Shown: positions 20,157 through 29,784 of the stretch, piece after piece
How the letters are laid out: every line of letters starts with the position of its first letter
How positions within the stretch are numbered: the first letter of the stretch is position 1
Origin: an uncultured Chthonomonadaceae bacterium
Lineage (GTDB): Bacteria > Armatimonadota > Chthonomonadetes > Chthonomonadales > Chthonomonadaceae
DNA length: 64,000 nt
Assembly: GCA_963835065.1 (NCBI GenBank)
Contig: CAWIEK010000015.1
Coordinates: forward strand, 64,001 to 128,000
Direction of reading: 5' to 3'
Translations under genes and position numbers: made by a program
The notes under the pieces: generated by a model
Told to the model about the DNA's origin: nothing
Databases searched by the model: none
Seen by the model: the letters and a program-made list of their open reading frames with translations, nothing else

Positions 20157-21488
20157 TTACAGGGGCAATGCGTCCAGCGAAAAGGCAACTTGCGCTGTTA
20201 CCCAACCTGCCTCGCAATTCAACGTCAACTGCCAGCCGTTGACGGCGGAAACGGCCTTGCAGATGGCTAACCCCAAGCCGTTGCCCCCGGATTGCAGGTT
20301 GCGCGAAGCGTCAGGACGGTAAAATGCCTCGAACCATTTATCCGGCGAATCGGATGCGCTTGTTTCACAGGAGTTTGCGATTTCCAGATGCGCCGCACTG
20401 CCGACAGTGGACAAGCGCAGGCAAACCGTCCTGCCCGCAGTGGCATAGCGAACCGCGTTTTCCAGCAGATTGCGAACAAGAATGTCGGCATGAGTGGCTG
20501 CGGCGGCGACAATCACTTCTTCGGCAAGTTCCACTTCCACATTCAAGTTTCGCGCCTGCGCCTGATTTGTCAGCGTTCGTAAGGTTCGGGCGCACACTTC
20601 AGTTAAATCTACCGGCTCCTGTGGAGGGCGCGGACTGCCTTCCAATTGATGCAGGCGCAGCAGGTCGCGCACCAGAGAGGTCAGCCGCCGTGTCTGCGCG
20701 TTCGCTTCCTGAACCGCGTCGTGGTACTCCTCGCGGCTGCGCGGTCTTTGCAGCGCCAGTTCCAGATGCCCGGAAAGCGCTTGAAGCGGAGTGCGCAGTT
20801 CGTGCGACGCGGCGGCATAAAAGCGCCCTCGCGCCGCAATGGTTTCACTCTGACGCGCAAGCAGATCGTTCAGGGTTTGCACCAATTCTTGTACTTCCGC
20901 GTCCTGCGAGGGCGGCACGAGTTGAATATGGTTTTCGCCCCCGCCCAGAACCTGCGCCTGCTGCGACAGTTTGCCGATGGGAGAAAGCGTTCGCCCCACC
21001 AGCAGCCACGCGCCCAATGTAGCGAGTATTCCCGTTGCCATGCTGAACACGAACAGGGTACGCGCCTGTGTGTCCAATCCGCGCTGAGTTCGCGCCCAGG
21101 GCAAGCCGACAACCACTTTATACGCGCCGGTAGGCACATTGAGCGTACGCCATTCGGCCTGACGCGAACTGCCGGGCAACGCCTGCGCCAGCGAAGACGC
21201 GGCAGGATAGGTTTCCACAACGCGCCCCTGCGCATCCAGCAGAACAATCGCCAGATGGTTGTCGTCCAGATCGCTTTCCACTTCGCGTAATTCAGTCAGG
21301 TTGAGCGTGGGCGCATCTATGGGCAGTTCATGCCCTATCTGCGCGGCGGCGTTGTGCAGCAAAGCATCGGCATTGTTTTCCGCCTGTTTCTGCGCGTAGC
21401 GGGTCAGCAGCAGGCACGACGCCAGCATCAGCGCAAAAATGCAGACCGCAAATTGAAGCGTCAAGCGGGCGCGAATGGAGTTGGGCAT
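20157..21488 (-). CDS. Sensor histidine kinase (HAMP-HisKA-HATPase, CusS/CzcS-like)
   Basis: ASHELRTPL, NLLENAVRY, GNGLGLAI; two TM segments. Confidence 0.95.
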   Translation of the reverse strand: MPNSIRARLTLQFAVCIFALMLASCLLLTRYAQKQAENNADALLHNAAAQIGHELPIDAPTLNLTELREVESDLDDNHLAIVLLDAQGRVVETYPAASSLAQALPGSSRQAEWRTLNVPTGAYKVVVGLPWARTQRGLDTQARTLFVFSMATGILATLGAWLLVGRTLSPIGKLSQQAQVLGGGENHIQLVPPSQDAEVQELVQTLNDLLARQSETIAARGRFYAAASHELRTPLQALSGHLELALQRPRSREEYHDAVQEANAQTRRLTSLVRDLLRLHQLEGSPRPPQEPVDLTEVCARTLRTLTNQAQARNLNVEVELAEEVIVAAAATHADILVRNLLENAVRYATAGRTVCLRLSTVGSAAHLEIANSCETSASDSPDKWFEAFYRPDASRNLQSGGNGLGLAICKAVSAVNGWQLTLNCEAGWVTAQVAFSLDALPL

Positions 21489-21500
21489 GGCAAGCCTGAT

Positions 21501-21616
21501 AATGATGAGTGATGAATGATGAGTGATGAATAACATGCAATAGATGTCCAGCGAACGTGCCTAATGCAAATTGGAGATGTGCGATATTCATCACTCATCA
21601 TTCATCACTCATCATT
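21501..21616. repeat. Inverted heptamer element (GATGAGT/GATGAAT)n
   Basis: 32-bp perfect arms 21501-21532 and 21585-21616; contains the regulator stop codon. Confidence 0.95.
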
Positions 21617-22332
21617 TCCCTTTCCAGCCGATACCCTGCGCCGCGCACGGTATGGATGAGCGGGATGGAAAACCCTTTGTCTATTTTGCCGCGCAGGTAA
21701 CTGATGTAAACATCTAAAACGTTGTCGTTGCCGTCGAAATCGTATTGCCACACGTGTTCCAAAATCATGGAGCGGGTGAGGACGCGGCCTGCATTGCGCA
21801 TCAGATATTCCAGCAGGGTGTATTCGGTTGCGGAAAGCGCAATGGCTTTGCCGGCGCGAACCGCTTTGCGCGTTGCCGGGTCCAGCGTCAAATCGCCGAC
21901 GCGCAGCAGGGTGGGGGAAGGAACGGCGCGACGGAGCAGGGCGCGGGTGCGCGCCAGCAATTCCCCGATTTGAAACGGCTTCACAAGGTAATCATCCGCG
22001 CCGCTGTCCAGTCCTTTGATTTTGTCTTCCAGGGCGTCGCGGGCGGTAATCAGCAGAATCGGCGTGGAAACGCGCTCGGCGCGTAATCGGCGGCAAACCT
22101 CGAAACCGTCCATACCGGGCAGCATAATGTCCAGCAAAATCAGGTCGAAGGTTTGATCCTGCGCCCACGCAAACGCGGTCAGGCCATCCGAAGCAACGCG
22201 AGTGGCGTGTCCGGCTTCCGTCAGCGCCTGCTTCAAGAACCGCGCCACGCTGTCATCATCTTCCACGATCAGCATGTTCACGGCTGCCCGTTTTTGGTCT
22301 TTCCCATCTTCCATCTGCTGCACCTTCAACAC
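21598..22332 (-). CDS. OmpR-family response regulator (CusR/CzcR-like)
   Basis: LIVEDD, LLDIMLPGMDG, GADDYLVKPF, IHTVRGAGY. Confidence 0.95.
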   Translation of the reverse strand: MLKVQQMEDGKDQKRAAVNMLIVEDDDSVARFLKQALTEAGHATRVASDGLTAFAWAQDQTFDLILLDIMLPGMDGFEVCRRLRAERVSTPILLITARDALEDKIKGLDSGADDYLVKPFQIGELLARTRALLRRAVPSPTLLRVGDLTLDPATRKAVRAGKAIALSATEYTLLEYLMRNAGRVLTRSMILEHVWQYDFDGNDNVLDVYISYLRGKIDKGFSIPLIHTVRGAGYRLEREMMSDE

Positions 22333-22607
22333 AGTATGGAAGACGAATCTTAAAATGCTGTTAAAATTTCCTGAGAGTTTTTTAAGGTTTAGGGCGCAAT
22401 AGGAGGCGTGAATCTATGCGCTTCATGCAATTATGATAGACGCGCAAGCGTCGGCAGGGATAACACCGTTTTCGCCTGAGCCTTCAACAAAGTCTGCGTT
22501 CAGAAAATTCTCTTGTGAATGTAAACATATTTTTCCGCAACCGTGACATTCCGGCAGGAAATTGGCAGAGCGCGGTGAACAGGAAAGCAGCAGGGAGGGT
22601 ACGAGGC

Positions 22608-23639
22608 GTGCGCGTGTTGGTAACGGGCGGAACGGGGTTTTTGGGTGGGCATGTGGCGCGAACTTTGCAGGTGCAGGGCGATTTTGTACGGGTTTTGGGG
22701 CGTAATCCTGTACAATGCGACCGTCTGGAAGCAGAGGGAATAGAAGTTGTACGCGGCGATTTGCGTGACAGGGAACAGGTCATTGCCGCCTGCAGGGGCA
22801 TGGAAGCGGTCGTTCATGCGGGCGCATTTTCCGCGCCATGGGGAGCCAAAAGCGATTTCGAGGCTGTGAATGTGGCCGGTACGCAGCATGTCATAGAGGG
22901 ATGCCGGCAAAGCAGGGTACGGCGGCTGGTGTACGTTTCGTCGCCAAGCGTAATGTTTGAAGGCCACAATCAAGTGAACGCGACGGAAGGCGGGCGACAC
23001 GCGCGGCCTTTTATGTCAACGTACTCCCGGACAAAAGCGCGGGGCGAAAACTATGTGCTGATAGCGGGCGGATGGGCCGGCCACAAAAAACGATGGGAAG
23101 ACATTGCGCCGCAAATGGAAACGGTAATCTTGCGTCCAAAAGCCATTTTCGGGCCGGGAGATACCTCCCTGCTGCCCCGCCTGATTGCCGCCGCTCAATG
23201 TAATCGCCTGCCGCAAATCGGCAACGGCGCGAACCGCGTGGATTTGACGTATGTGGACAATGTTGTTCATGCCATTACGCTGTCACTGACGCAAGCGGAA
23301 GCGTCAGGCGGCATATACACCATCACGAACGGCGAGTCGCCCCGCGTGTGGGACGTGATACGGCGCGTCCTGCGCGAACTTGGCTTGAATGACCGCCTGC
23401 GTCAAGTTCCTTACCACGCGGCGTACGCCATCGCGGCCTGCATGGAAGCCAAAAGCGCGCTGACCGGGCGCGAACCCCTCCTGACCCGCTACACCGTCGC
23501 CGTGCTGGGCCGAACGCAAACCTACGACATTTCCGCCGCCCGTCGCGACCTGAATTACACGCCGCAGGTTTCTCTGGAAGACGGCATCGAACGCGCGATT
23601 GCGGCAATCAAAGAGAGTACTGCCGCGCCCGGTATATGA
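22608..23639 (+). CDS. NAD-dependent epimerase/dehydratase (3-beta-HSD/OleD-like extended SDR)
   Basis: VLVTGGTGFLG, YVSSPSV, YSRTK, LRPKAIFGPGD. Confidence 0.85.
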   Translation: MRVLVTGGTGFLGGHVARTLQVQGDFVRVLGRNPVQCDRLEAEGIEVVRGDLRDREQVIAACRGMEAVVHAGAFSAPWGAKSDFEAVNVAGTQHVIEGCRQSRVRRLVYVSSPSVMFEGHNQVNATEGGRHARPFMSTYSRTKARGENYVLIAGGWAGHKKRWEDIAPQMETVILRPKAIFGPGDTSLLPRLIAAAQCNRLPQIGNGANRVDLTYVDNVVHAITLSLTQAEASGGIYTITNGESPRVWDVIRRVLRELGLNDRLRQVPYHAAYAIAACMEAKSALTGREPLLTRYTVAVLGRTQTYDISAARRDLNYTPQVSLEDGIERAIAAIKESTAAPGI

Positions 23640-23654
23640 ATGTATAGCCGTTCC

Positions 23655-23906
23655 TCAGCAGATGACCTCAAAGGGCTTGACGCTTGCCGCCACCAACTCG
23701 TTGCCCTTGTCGTCCTCCACGAGTAGCAGGTGAACCCCTTTCTGCTCGGCAAGGGCTTTGACGGCCTCAATCCCGCCCCCGCGTTTTTCAATGGAGGTCA
23801 GCTTGCGCTGGCTCATCGTGCTGGAGCCATTGGCGACGGCATCCAGCCATTCCGCAGCCCATTGGGTTGTCGCATCCGTTGTCATATCCTCTTGTTTGGT
23901 GTCCAT
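23655..23906 (-). CDS. Small hypothetical protein
   Basis: Clean ORF with AAGGA RBS, co-oriented with its neighbours. Confidence 0.65.
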   Translation of the reverse strand: MDTKQEDMTTDATTQWAAEWLDAVANGSSTMSQRKLTSIEKRGGGIEAVKALAEQKGVHLLLVEDDKGNELVAASVKPFEVIC

Positions 23907-23940
23907 GCTGTTTTCCTTTTCCATGTTCCCATCGGATTGT

Positions 23941-24546
23941 TTATTCGCCTGCCCTCAACAGGCGGTAATGTTCGTTGATGATCGCGTTAATGCTGCCGGA
24001 ATCCCACGTCTGCCCTTCAACAACCTGCGTATAAGCGGCGTACATCTGCTTTGCGCAGATTTCTGCCGGCATTTCACCCGTTGCTGTTGCTAATCCCGGA
24101 CAGATAACGCTTTTAATGGCTCCGGGAAAGAGGGCGTTATGTTTCTGAATGATGCGGAGGGACGCTCGGAAAGCCAGATACGCATTAAGCGTATTACTGA
24201 CATTGGCAGGTGCGCGCATCGTTGGCGCGCTAATCAGGTAAGGCAGATTGGGATCTCCGGTTCCCAATAAAACCGCCATGCCGATAGGCAACTCGCCTTC
24301 GTACTCCTCCCGAAGCAACTGCCGCAAACGCTCTTGCAGTTGCCAGCCGAAGCGTCGGGAGTAAATCAGGTCAATGCCACCATCCATGAACCCGAAACAG
24401 TTCGCGGGACTGATGATCGCATCCGCTTGTACGCCGAAGATGTCGCCAACGGAAGGGTGAACCTGCGGAATATCCGCAAAGTATTTTGACCATGCCGCCA
24501 CAAGAGGAGCATTGATGTCGCGCAGATAATAGATGACCTCAGACAC
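23941..24546 (-). CDS. Macro domain protein (ADP-ribose/Appr-1-p processing family)
   Basis: GDI, SPANCFGFMDGGID, APTMR, PGLATATG. Confidence 0.85.
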   Translation of the reverse strand: MSEVIYYLRDINAPLVAAWSKYFADIPQVHPSVGDIFGVQADAIISPANCFGFMDGGIDLIYSRRFGWQLQERLRQLLREEYEGELPIGMAVLLGTGDPNLPYLISAPTMRAPANVSNTLNAYLAFRASLRIIQKHNALFPGAIKSVICPGLATATGEMPAEICAKQMYAAYTQVVEGQTWDSGSINAIINEHYRLLRAGE

Positions 24547-24563
24547 ATTTCACCTCCCATTGT

Positions 24564-24821
24564 CTACGCAGCCATCGGTCTTTGCTGCCTGCCCGCCAGA
24601 AGCAGAACCGCAAGAGCGGGCGGCAGTTCGGGAAGTTCCTCCGTCAAGCCGTAAAGGTAGTGGCTGATGCGGTTGAACTGATGGTGACTGATGTGCCATT
24701 GCCGCATAAAAGCGTCACAATCCACGCCCGCTTGTTCCAACAAGGTTCCGAAAGCGATTTCTGCATCTGTTTCCTGTTCGATGCGCCGTTTGTCGCTTTG
24801 ATAACGATCATAAGTTGTCAT
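24564..24821 (-). CDS. Small hypothetical protein
   Basis: GAGGAG RBS; between pheA and the macro domain gene. Confidence 0.55.
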   Translation of the reverse strand: MTTYDRYQSDKRRIEQETDAEIAFGTLLEQAGVDCDAFMRQWHISHHQFNRISHYLYGLTEELPELPPALAVLLLAGRQQRPMAA

Positions 24822-24860
24822 TGGTTCTCCTCATCCGCCGATTTTGCCTGTGCAGCAAGT

Positions 24861-25925
24861 CTAACTGGATTCGGGGTAGGAACCGAGGACGCGGACGAAC
24901 AGGACGTGTTCTTTGAGCAGCGTGATGGCTTTTGTCACCGACACGTCTTTGGTATGGCCCTGCGCGTCCACGTAAAACACATACTGCCACGCGGCGGTTT
25001 TGTTGGGGCGCGATTCGATCATGGTCAGGTTCACGTCGTACTTTTCAAAAAAGTTCAGCGCGTGTACCAGTTCGCCCGCCCGGTTGGGAACCGCGAACAT
25101 CAGCGAGGTTTTATCCTTGCCCGTCGGCTCCGGTTCGTTATAGCCCAACACCAGAAAGCGCGTCCGGTTGTTCGGGTTGTCTTCGATATGCTCGCACAAG
25201 ATGGGCATGTCGTACTTTTCCGCCGCCAGCGTGGTCGCAATCGCCGCGCTGCCCTCATCCTGTGAGGCGAGTTCCGCCGCTTTCGACGTGCTGGACGCTT
25301 CGATTTCCTCCACATGCCCCAGGTGGCTGCGCAGCCATTGCCGGCACTGCGCGAGCGGCTGAAAGTGCGAGTACAGCCGCTTGACCTGCTCCAAACTTTC
25401 GCACCGGGTCAGCAGATTATGGCGTATCGGCTGGTATACTTCCGAGACGACGCGCAGATTGGAGTTCATGAACGTGTCCAGCGTTTCGGGAACCACGCCC
25501 GCCCACGAATTTTCTACCGGCACGATCCCATAGTCACACGCGCTGCGCTCCACCTGCGCGAACACGTCCGAAATCGTGGCTTCGGGGGAGAATTGTGACG
25601 ACGTTCCGAACTTCGCCAGACTCGCCAGATGGCTGAACGTGCCTTCAGGTCCCAAGAACGCCACCATCAGCGGTTTTTCCAGGGCGCGGCACGCGGAAAT
25701 GATCTCTTTGTAGATCGCGCGCACCGAATTGGTCTCCAACGGCCCTTTATTCAGCGACTCCAGCCGTTTGAATACGATATGTTCGCGTTCCGGGGTAAAA
25801 TAATGGGAACGTGTGTTGGCTTTGGCGTGGCCGATCTGCTGCGCGCACTCCGCGCGCCGATTCAGCAGTTCCAGAACTTGCGCGTCAATGCGGTCTATTT
25901 CCTTGCGCCATTCAGGCAAACTCAT
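24861..25925 (-). CDS. pheA: Chorismate mutase/prephenate dehydratase (P-protein)
   Basis: RKEIDRID chorismate mutase, FLGPEGTFS, PVENS, NRTRF, ACT domain IESRP, LGSYP. Confidence 0.95.
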   Translation of the reverse strand: MSLPEWRKEIDRIDAQVLELLNRRAECAQQIGHAKANTRSHYFTPEREHIVFKRLESLNKGPLETNSVRAIYKEIISACRALEKPLMVAFLGPEGTFSHLASLAKFGTSSQFSPEATISDVFAQVERSACDYGIVPVENSWAGVVPETLDTFMNSNLRVVSEVYQPIRHNLLTRCESLEQVKRLYSHFQPLAQCRQWLRSHLGHVEEIEASSTSKAAELASQDEGSAAIATTLAAEKYDMPILCEHIEDNPNNRTRFLVLGYNEPEPTGKDKTSLMFAVPNRAGELVHALNFFEKYDVNLTMIESRPNKTAAWQYVFYVDAQGHTKDVSVTKAITLLKEHVLFVRVLGSYPESS

Positions 25926-26077
25926 AAGGTTATTCCTCGTGTAAGGGTTTTAGTTGATAGTTGATAGAGAAATGCGCGGCGACATTGCGGCGCGGGTTTG
26001 TTGGATGTGTGGCTGCAAGATTCCGCATGGCACATTAGATTTCCTGCATAAAGAAGGCGTTGAGGTTTTATAAAGAT

Positions 26078-26932
26078 ATGGCCCGTGGAAGTTGGTTTAA
26101 CCGGCACAAGCGCAACGGCAGCGCGCCCGTTGACGTGCCCGAAGGTTTGTGGACGAAATGCGACCGTTGCAGCGACATTTCGTTTACCAAAGACGTGCAG
26201 CGCAACCTCATGGTGTGCGCCAAGTGCGGCTATCACCACAAATTAACGGCCAGAGAGCGGCTGGAAATGCTGGCGGACCCCGAAAGTTTTGTGGAAATGG
26301 ATGGGGAGTTGAAATCGCTCGACCCGCTCGGATTTCCCGATTACGGCGATAAAATTGGACGGGCGCGGACCAAAACCAGCCTCACCGATGCAATTTTAAC
26401 GGGACATGCGCGTATAGAGGAAAATCCCTGTCTGATTGGCGTGGCGGATTTCGCGTTCATGGGCGGCTCGATGGGCAGCGTCGTGGGCGAAAAAATCGTC
26501 CGAGCGATGGAAGCCGGGACGCGCGAACGCCTGCCCGTTGTCTTAGTCACGGCAAACGGCGGCGGGGCGCGGATGCAGGAAGGTATTTACTCGCTGATGC
26601 AGATGGCGAAAACAAGCGCGGGCGTGGCGCGTCTGGACCGCGCCGCTATCCCTTATATTGTCGTTCTGACCGACCCCACAATGGCCGGCGTGTACGCTTC
26701 CTTCGCTTCGCTTGGCGATGTAATTTTGGCGGAACCGGGCGCATTGATTGGGTTTGCCGGGCGGCGCGTGGGCAATCAGGACATGGGCGTGAAACTGCCC
26801 GACGATTTTCAAACGGCGGAATTTCAATTTCGCTGCGGCCAGATAGATCAGGTTGTGCCGCGCAAGGAACTGCGGGGAACGCTGGCGCGTCTGCTGGCGT
26901 TTTTTGCAGAGGAGACGCCTCGTGTCGCTTAA
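26078..26932 (+). CDS. accD: Acetyl-CoA carboxylase carboxyltransferase beta subunit
   Basis: LWTKC..C zinc ribbon, FMGGSMGSVVGEK, GGARMQEG. Confidence 0.97.
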   Translation: MARGSWFNRHKRNGSAPVDVPEGLWTKCDRCSDISFTKDVQRNLMVCAKCGYHHKLTARERLEMLADPESFVEMDGELKSLDPLGFPDYGDKIGRARTKTSLTDAILTGHARIEENPCLIGVADFAFMGGSMGSVVGEKIVRAMEAGTRERLPVVLVTANGGGARMQEGIYSLMQMAKTSAGVARLDRAAIPYIVVLTDPTMAGVYASFASLGDVILAEPGALIGFAGRRVGNQDMGVKLPDDFQTAEFQFRCGQIDQVVPRKELRGTLARLLAFFAEETPRVA

Positions 26933-27938
26933 CAGCCCCTTTGACTTTGAAAAACCGATTGCCGAACTGGACGATAAAATTATCGAACTGAAGCGGTTTG
27001 CGACGGAAGCCGGGGCGCGGGCGGACGCGCAGGCGCGGGGCATTGACATTGACGCGGAGATCGCCAAGTTGGAAACCCGACGGGAGCAAGCCATGCGGCA
27101 CATCTTCTCACACCTGACGCCGTGGAACGAAGTGCAAATGGCGCGTCACCCGCAGCGCCCGTATACGCTGGATTATATCAGCCTTCTCTTCGAGGACTTT
27201 ACGGAACTGCACGGCGACCGCGTGAATGCCGACGATCCGGCGATTGTCGGCGGCTTCGCCCGCTTCCACAACAAATCCGTCGTCGTCCTGGGACACCAGA
27301 AAGCGCGCGACCTGAAAGAGCGCCAACTGCGCAACTTTGGCAGCGCGCGCCCCGCCGGGTTCCGCAAAGCCCTGCGCCTGATGAAATTGGCCGACAAGTT
27401 CAACAAGCCCTTAATTGTATTCGTAGATACCCCGGCTGCGGAAGCGAATCTGCTGGCGGAAGAAGAGGGTATCAGCGCGACGATTGCCGTAAACCTGCGC
27501 GAAATGGCCGGCCTGCGCATCCCGATTGTGGTTGCGGTTATCGGCGAGGGTGGCAGTGGCGGCGCGTTAGGCATTGCCGTTGGCGACCGTATCTTAATGC
27601 TGGAACACGCGATTTATTCCGTAATTCCGCCCGAATCCTGCGCCGCGATTTTGTGGAATGACCGCGCCCGCGCCCCCGAAGCCGCCGACGCCCTCAAACT
27701 TACCGCCCACCATGCCTTAGAATTCGGCATTATAGACGAGATCGTTCCCGAACCACTGGGCGGGGCGCACCGCAACGTAAACGAAATGGCCGCCACCCTC
27801 AAACAAGGCATCAGCCGCAACCTGACCCTGTTAAGCAAACTCTCGCCCGACGAACTGCAATGCGCCCGCTATGAGAAATTCCGCCGCATCGGTGAATGGG
27901 AAGACCCTACAGTGTTGCTGAAGACGGGAACGGAGTAG
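26922..27938 (+). CDS. accA: Acetyl-CoA carboxylase carboxyltransferase alpha subunit
   Basis: FEKPI, ARHPQRPYTLDY, ELHGDR, GEGGSGGALG; GTG start with GAGGAG. Confidence 0.97.
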   Translation: MSLNSPFDFEKPIAELDDKIIELKRFATEAGARADAQARGIDIDAEIAKLETRREQAMRHIFSHLTPWNEVQMARHPQRPYTLDYISLLFEDFTELHGDRVNADDPAIVGGFARFHNKSVVVLGHQKARDLKERQLRNFGSARPAGFRKALRLMKLADKFNKPLIVFVDTPAAEANLLAEEEGISATIAVNLREMAGLRIPIVVAVIGEGGSGGALGIAVGDRILMLEHAIYSVIPPESCAAILWNDRARAPEAADALKLTAHHALEFGIIDEIVPEPLGGAHRNVNEMAATLKQGISRNLTLLSKLSPDELQCARYEKFRRIGEWEDPTVLLKTGTE

Positions 27939-28063
27939 TTCACCACCAAGACACAAAGAACACCAAGAAAAACAAAGAGAAGAAGCGAGAAGAGATGCAA
28001 AGCAGAACTTGCTCTGAATTCCCTTCTCCTACTTGGTGTTCTTCGTGTCTTGGTGGTGAACTA
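27936..28063. repeat. Inverted element, CACCAAGA-like 9-mer family
   Basis: 32-bp arms 27936-27967 and 28032-28063, 1 mismatch; begins at the accA TAG. Confidence 0.9.
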
Positions 28064-28073
28064 TAACGAAAGT

Positions 28074-28105
28074 GCGGGCAGTCCGTTCCGCCTCGGACTG
28101 CCCGC
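28074..28105. terminator. GC-rich hairpin, probable terminator
   Basis: GCGGGCAGTCCG/CGGACTGCCCGC 12-bp stem; short T run on the minus strand. Confidence 0.6.
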
Positions 28106-28463
28106 GTCGTGTGTTCCCGTCAGCAACGTCAGCGCCCCCGTCGTTACTGTTGGTGAACCGCACGGCTGAAGGGGAGGGCAAGTGGTTCCGGTTTCTCGGA
28201 AAAGGCTTGCCCCGGCCCCGGATTCGCAAAATCTGTTTGGTAAGGTCTTGCGCTATGTAAAGTGGAAGCAGTGAGAGCGTGGCTGCGCCTCGCAGATCGG
28301 GAAGCGGGTTGTGACAGTCGCGGGTGGCATCAGGAAAACGATCATGGTTTTCGACGATGCAACGGCTTGCGGCCATCAGGATGCTTCCGAACCCTTTCTC
28401 CTTCGCACAGGGTTAGGAAACGCAGGCGGGTTTGCAGCGTGACACCTTTTGTCAAAAAAGTTT

Positions 28464-28502
28464 GTGTTCGGTGTTCAGGTATTCGGGTGTTCAGGTATTG
28501 GG
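28464..28502. repeat. Solo octamer array (GGTRTTCR)n
   Basis: GTGTTCG GTGTTCAG GTATTCGG GTGTTCAG GTATTGGG. Confidence 0.7.
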
Positions 28503-28590
28503 CTGAACTCTGCTGACCCGGTTTGTTCGCGTGGGGTGGGAGTTTTGCTTTGTGGCGGCGAAACGAGGGTGGAAAATTTTACATTTGCTG

Positions 28591-28619
28591 TTGTAGCGAA
28601 TGGCGGACTGTGCTATAAT
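28591..28619 (+). promoter_or_regulatory. Sigma70-type promoter of the DUF2946-like/TonB locus
   Basis: TTGTAG-17 nt-TATAAT with extended TG. Confidence 0.6.
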
Positions 28620-28661
28620 CGAAAGAATGGTTTGCAAATGCTGAGGAAAGGAGGAAAACCG

Positions 28662-29205
28662 GTGTACCGTCTGCTGCATGGTTTGTTACATCGTCCGTTT
28701 CAACGGAAGCGTTACCTGCGCGTCATGGACAATGCTGCTTGGGCTGTGCTACCTTGTCGTCAGCGTTTTCCTGCCTTTTCAGCACACGCATATCGGTGGC
28801 GAAGACGAAGCGGGGGGCATCAGTTCGACGTGGGCGCAGGCGAGTGAGCGGCAACTCGTTTTCACGCAAGCCACCGCCGTTCAAATAGTCTCTGCGCAAA
28901 CAGCCTCCGTTCAAGCAACTTCCACGCGCGATGCTTCCCGGCATAATAGTTCGTTACGCCGCTCGGCTCTCGGTAAGGCTTCTCAGCACACGTATGCGCC
29001 CAAACCTGCCTTTGTAAAAGCGGGCAAAAAGCGTTCCACACACTGTCTTGCCTGCGAGTGGGAATCTATGCAGGTGTCTGCCGCCCTGCCGACATTCACA
29101 CTGTATTTAACGGACGCCACACCGCCTCGTGTCGTCACAACCCTGCCGCGCTACTTACGTTCGCGGGCGATTGCCACCTCCTCGCGTGGCCCGCCCACCG
29201 TTTGA
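28662..29205 (+). CDS. DUF2946-like (CruR/CutF-type) leader protein with HxH, CxxC and C-terminal RGPP; probable frameshift near 28720
   Basis: AAGGAGG then GTG 28662 gives a basic n-region; hydrophobic segment, QHTH, HCLAC, SSRGPPTV*; upstream of a TonB receptor. Confidence 0.75.
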
Positions 29206-29394
29206 ACCTCTACAATGCGCTTCCTCGCGCATGTTCGCGTTTCATCACTTACTTCTTTACAATTCAATGTCTTGCGTTAAGCGTCCAGATGCCTGTTTGC
29301 GGGTTTCCGGCTGCTTATTGCCTGCCTGGTTTTGTCGCATTAGAGACTCTCAAGGATTGAAAGTCCATGAGATAAATCTCGCGGCTGTGGTAAC

Positions 29395-29418
29395 GTAGGG
29401 ACATAACATGTTATGTCC
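29395..29418. repeat. GTAG-preceded perfect 20-bp palindrome (REP-like or operator)
   Basis: GTAG followed by GGACATAACATGTTATGTCC. Confidence 0.6.
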
Positions 29419-29784
29419 TGCCTTCGGGTACTGCAACAGCTATGTCGAGAGAACATCTTTGCTGTGATAAAAGCCTTGTGACGACGTTTGCAATACCTGT
29501 TTACGGCTATTGGGATTCCCAATTTGCCTGTGAAATCATGGTTTTGCCGATGTTGCCACACCCATAGTAACTTGCCGACTGCGGTTCGTTGACAATCCAT
29601 CACTACGGGATTGTTGACGCCGCGCCGCGCATGTTACGCATGGGCAGACGACAAAAAGGCGCACAGGTGCTGGTAACACCCATGCGCCGGGCGAGCGTGA
29701 CGAATCACGTCCGGTTCCAACCGTGATTGTAGCACGTCCTCGCCCTTTCGTCCACCCGTTCTCAACGAAAGGGAGGATATTCTC

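Noticed and set aside
28300..28345. Cobalamin riboswitch (GCCACCCGCGACTGT on the minus strand)
   Set aside because: Only a partial core resemblance; the GGGAA and AGYCAG-AGACC elements and a downstream gene are missing.
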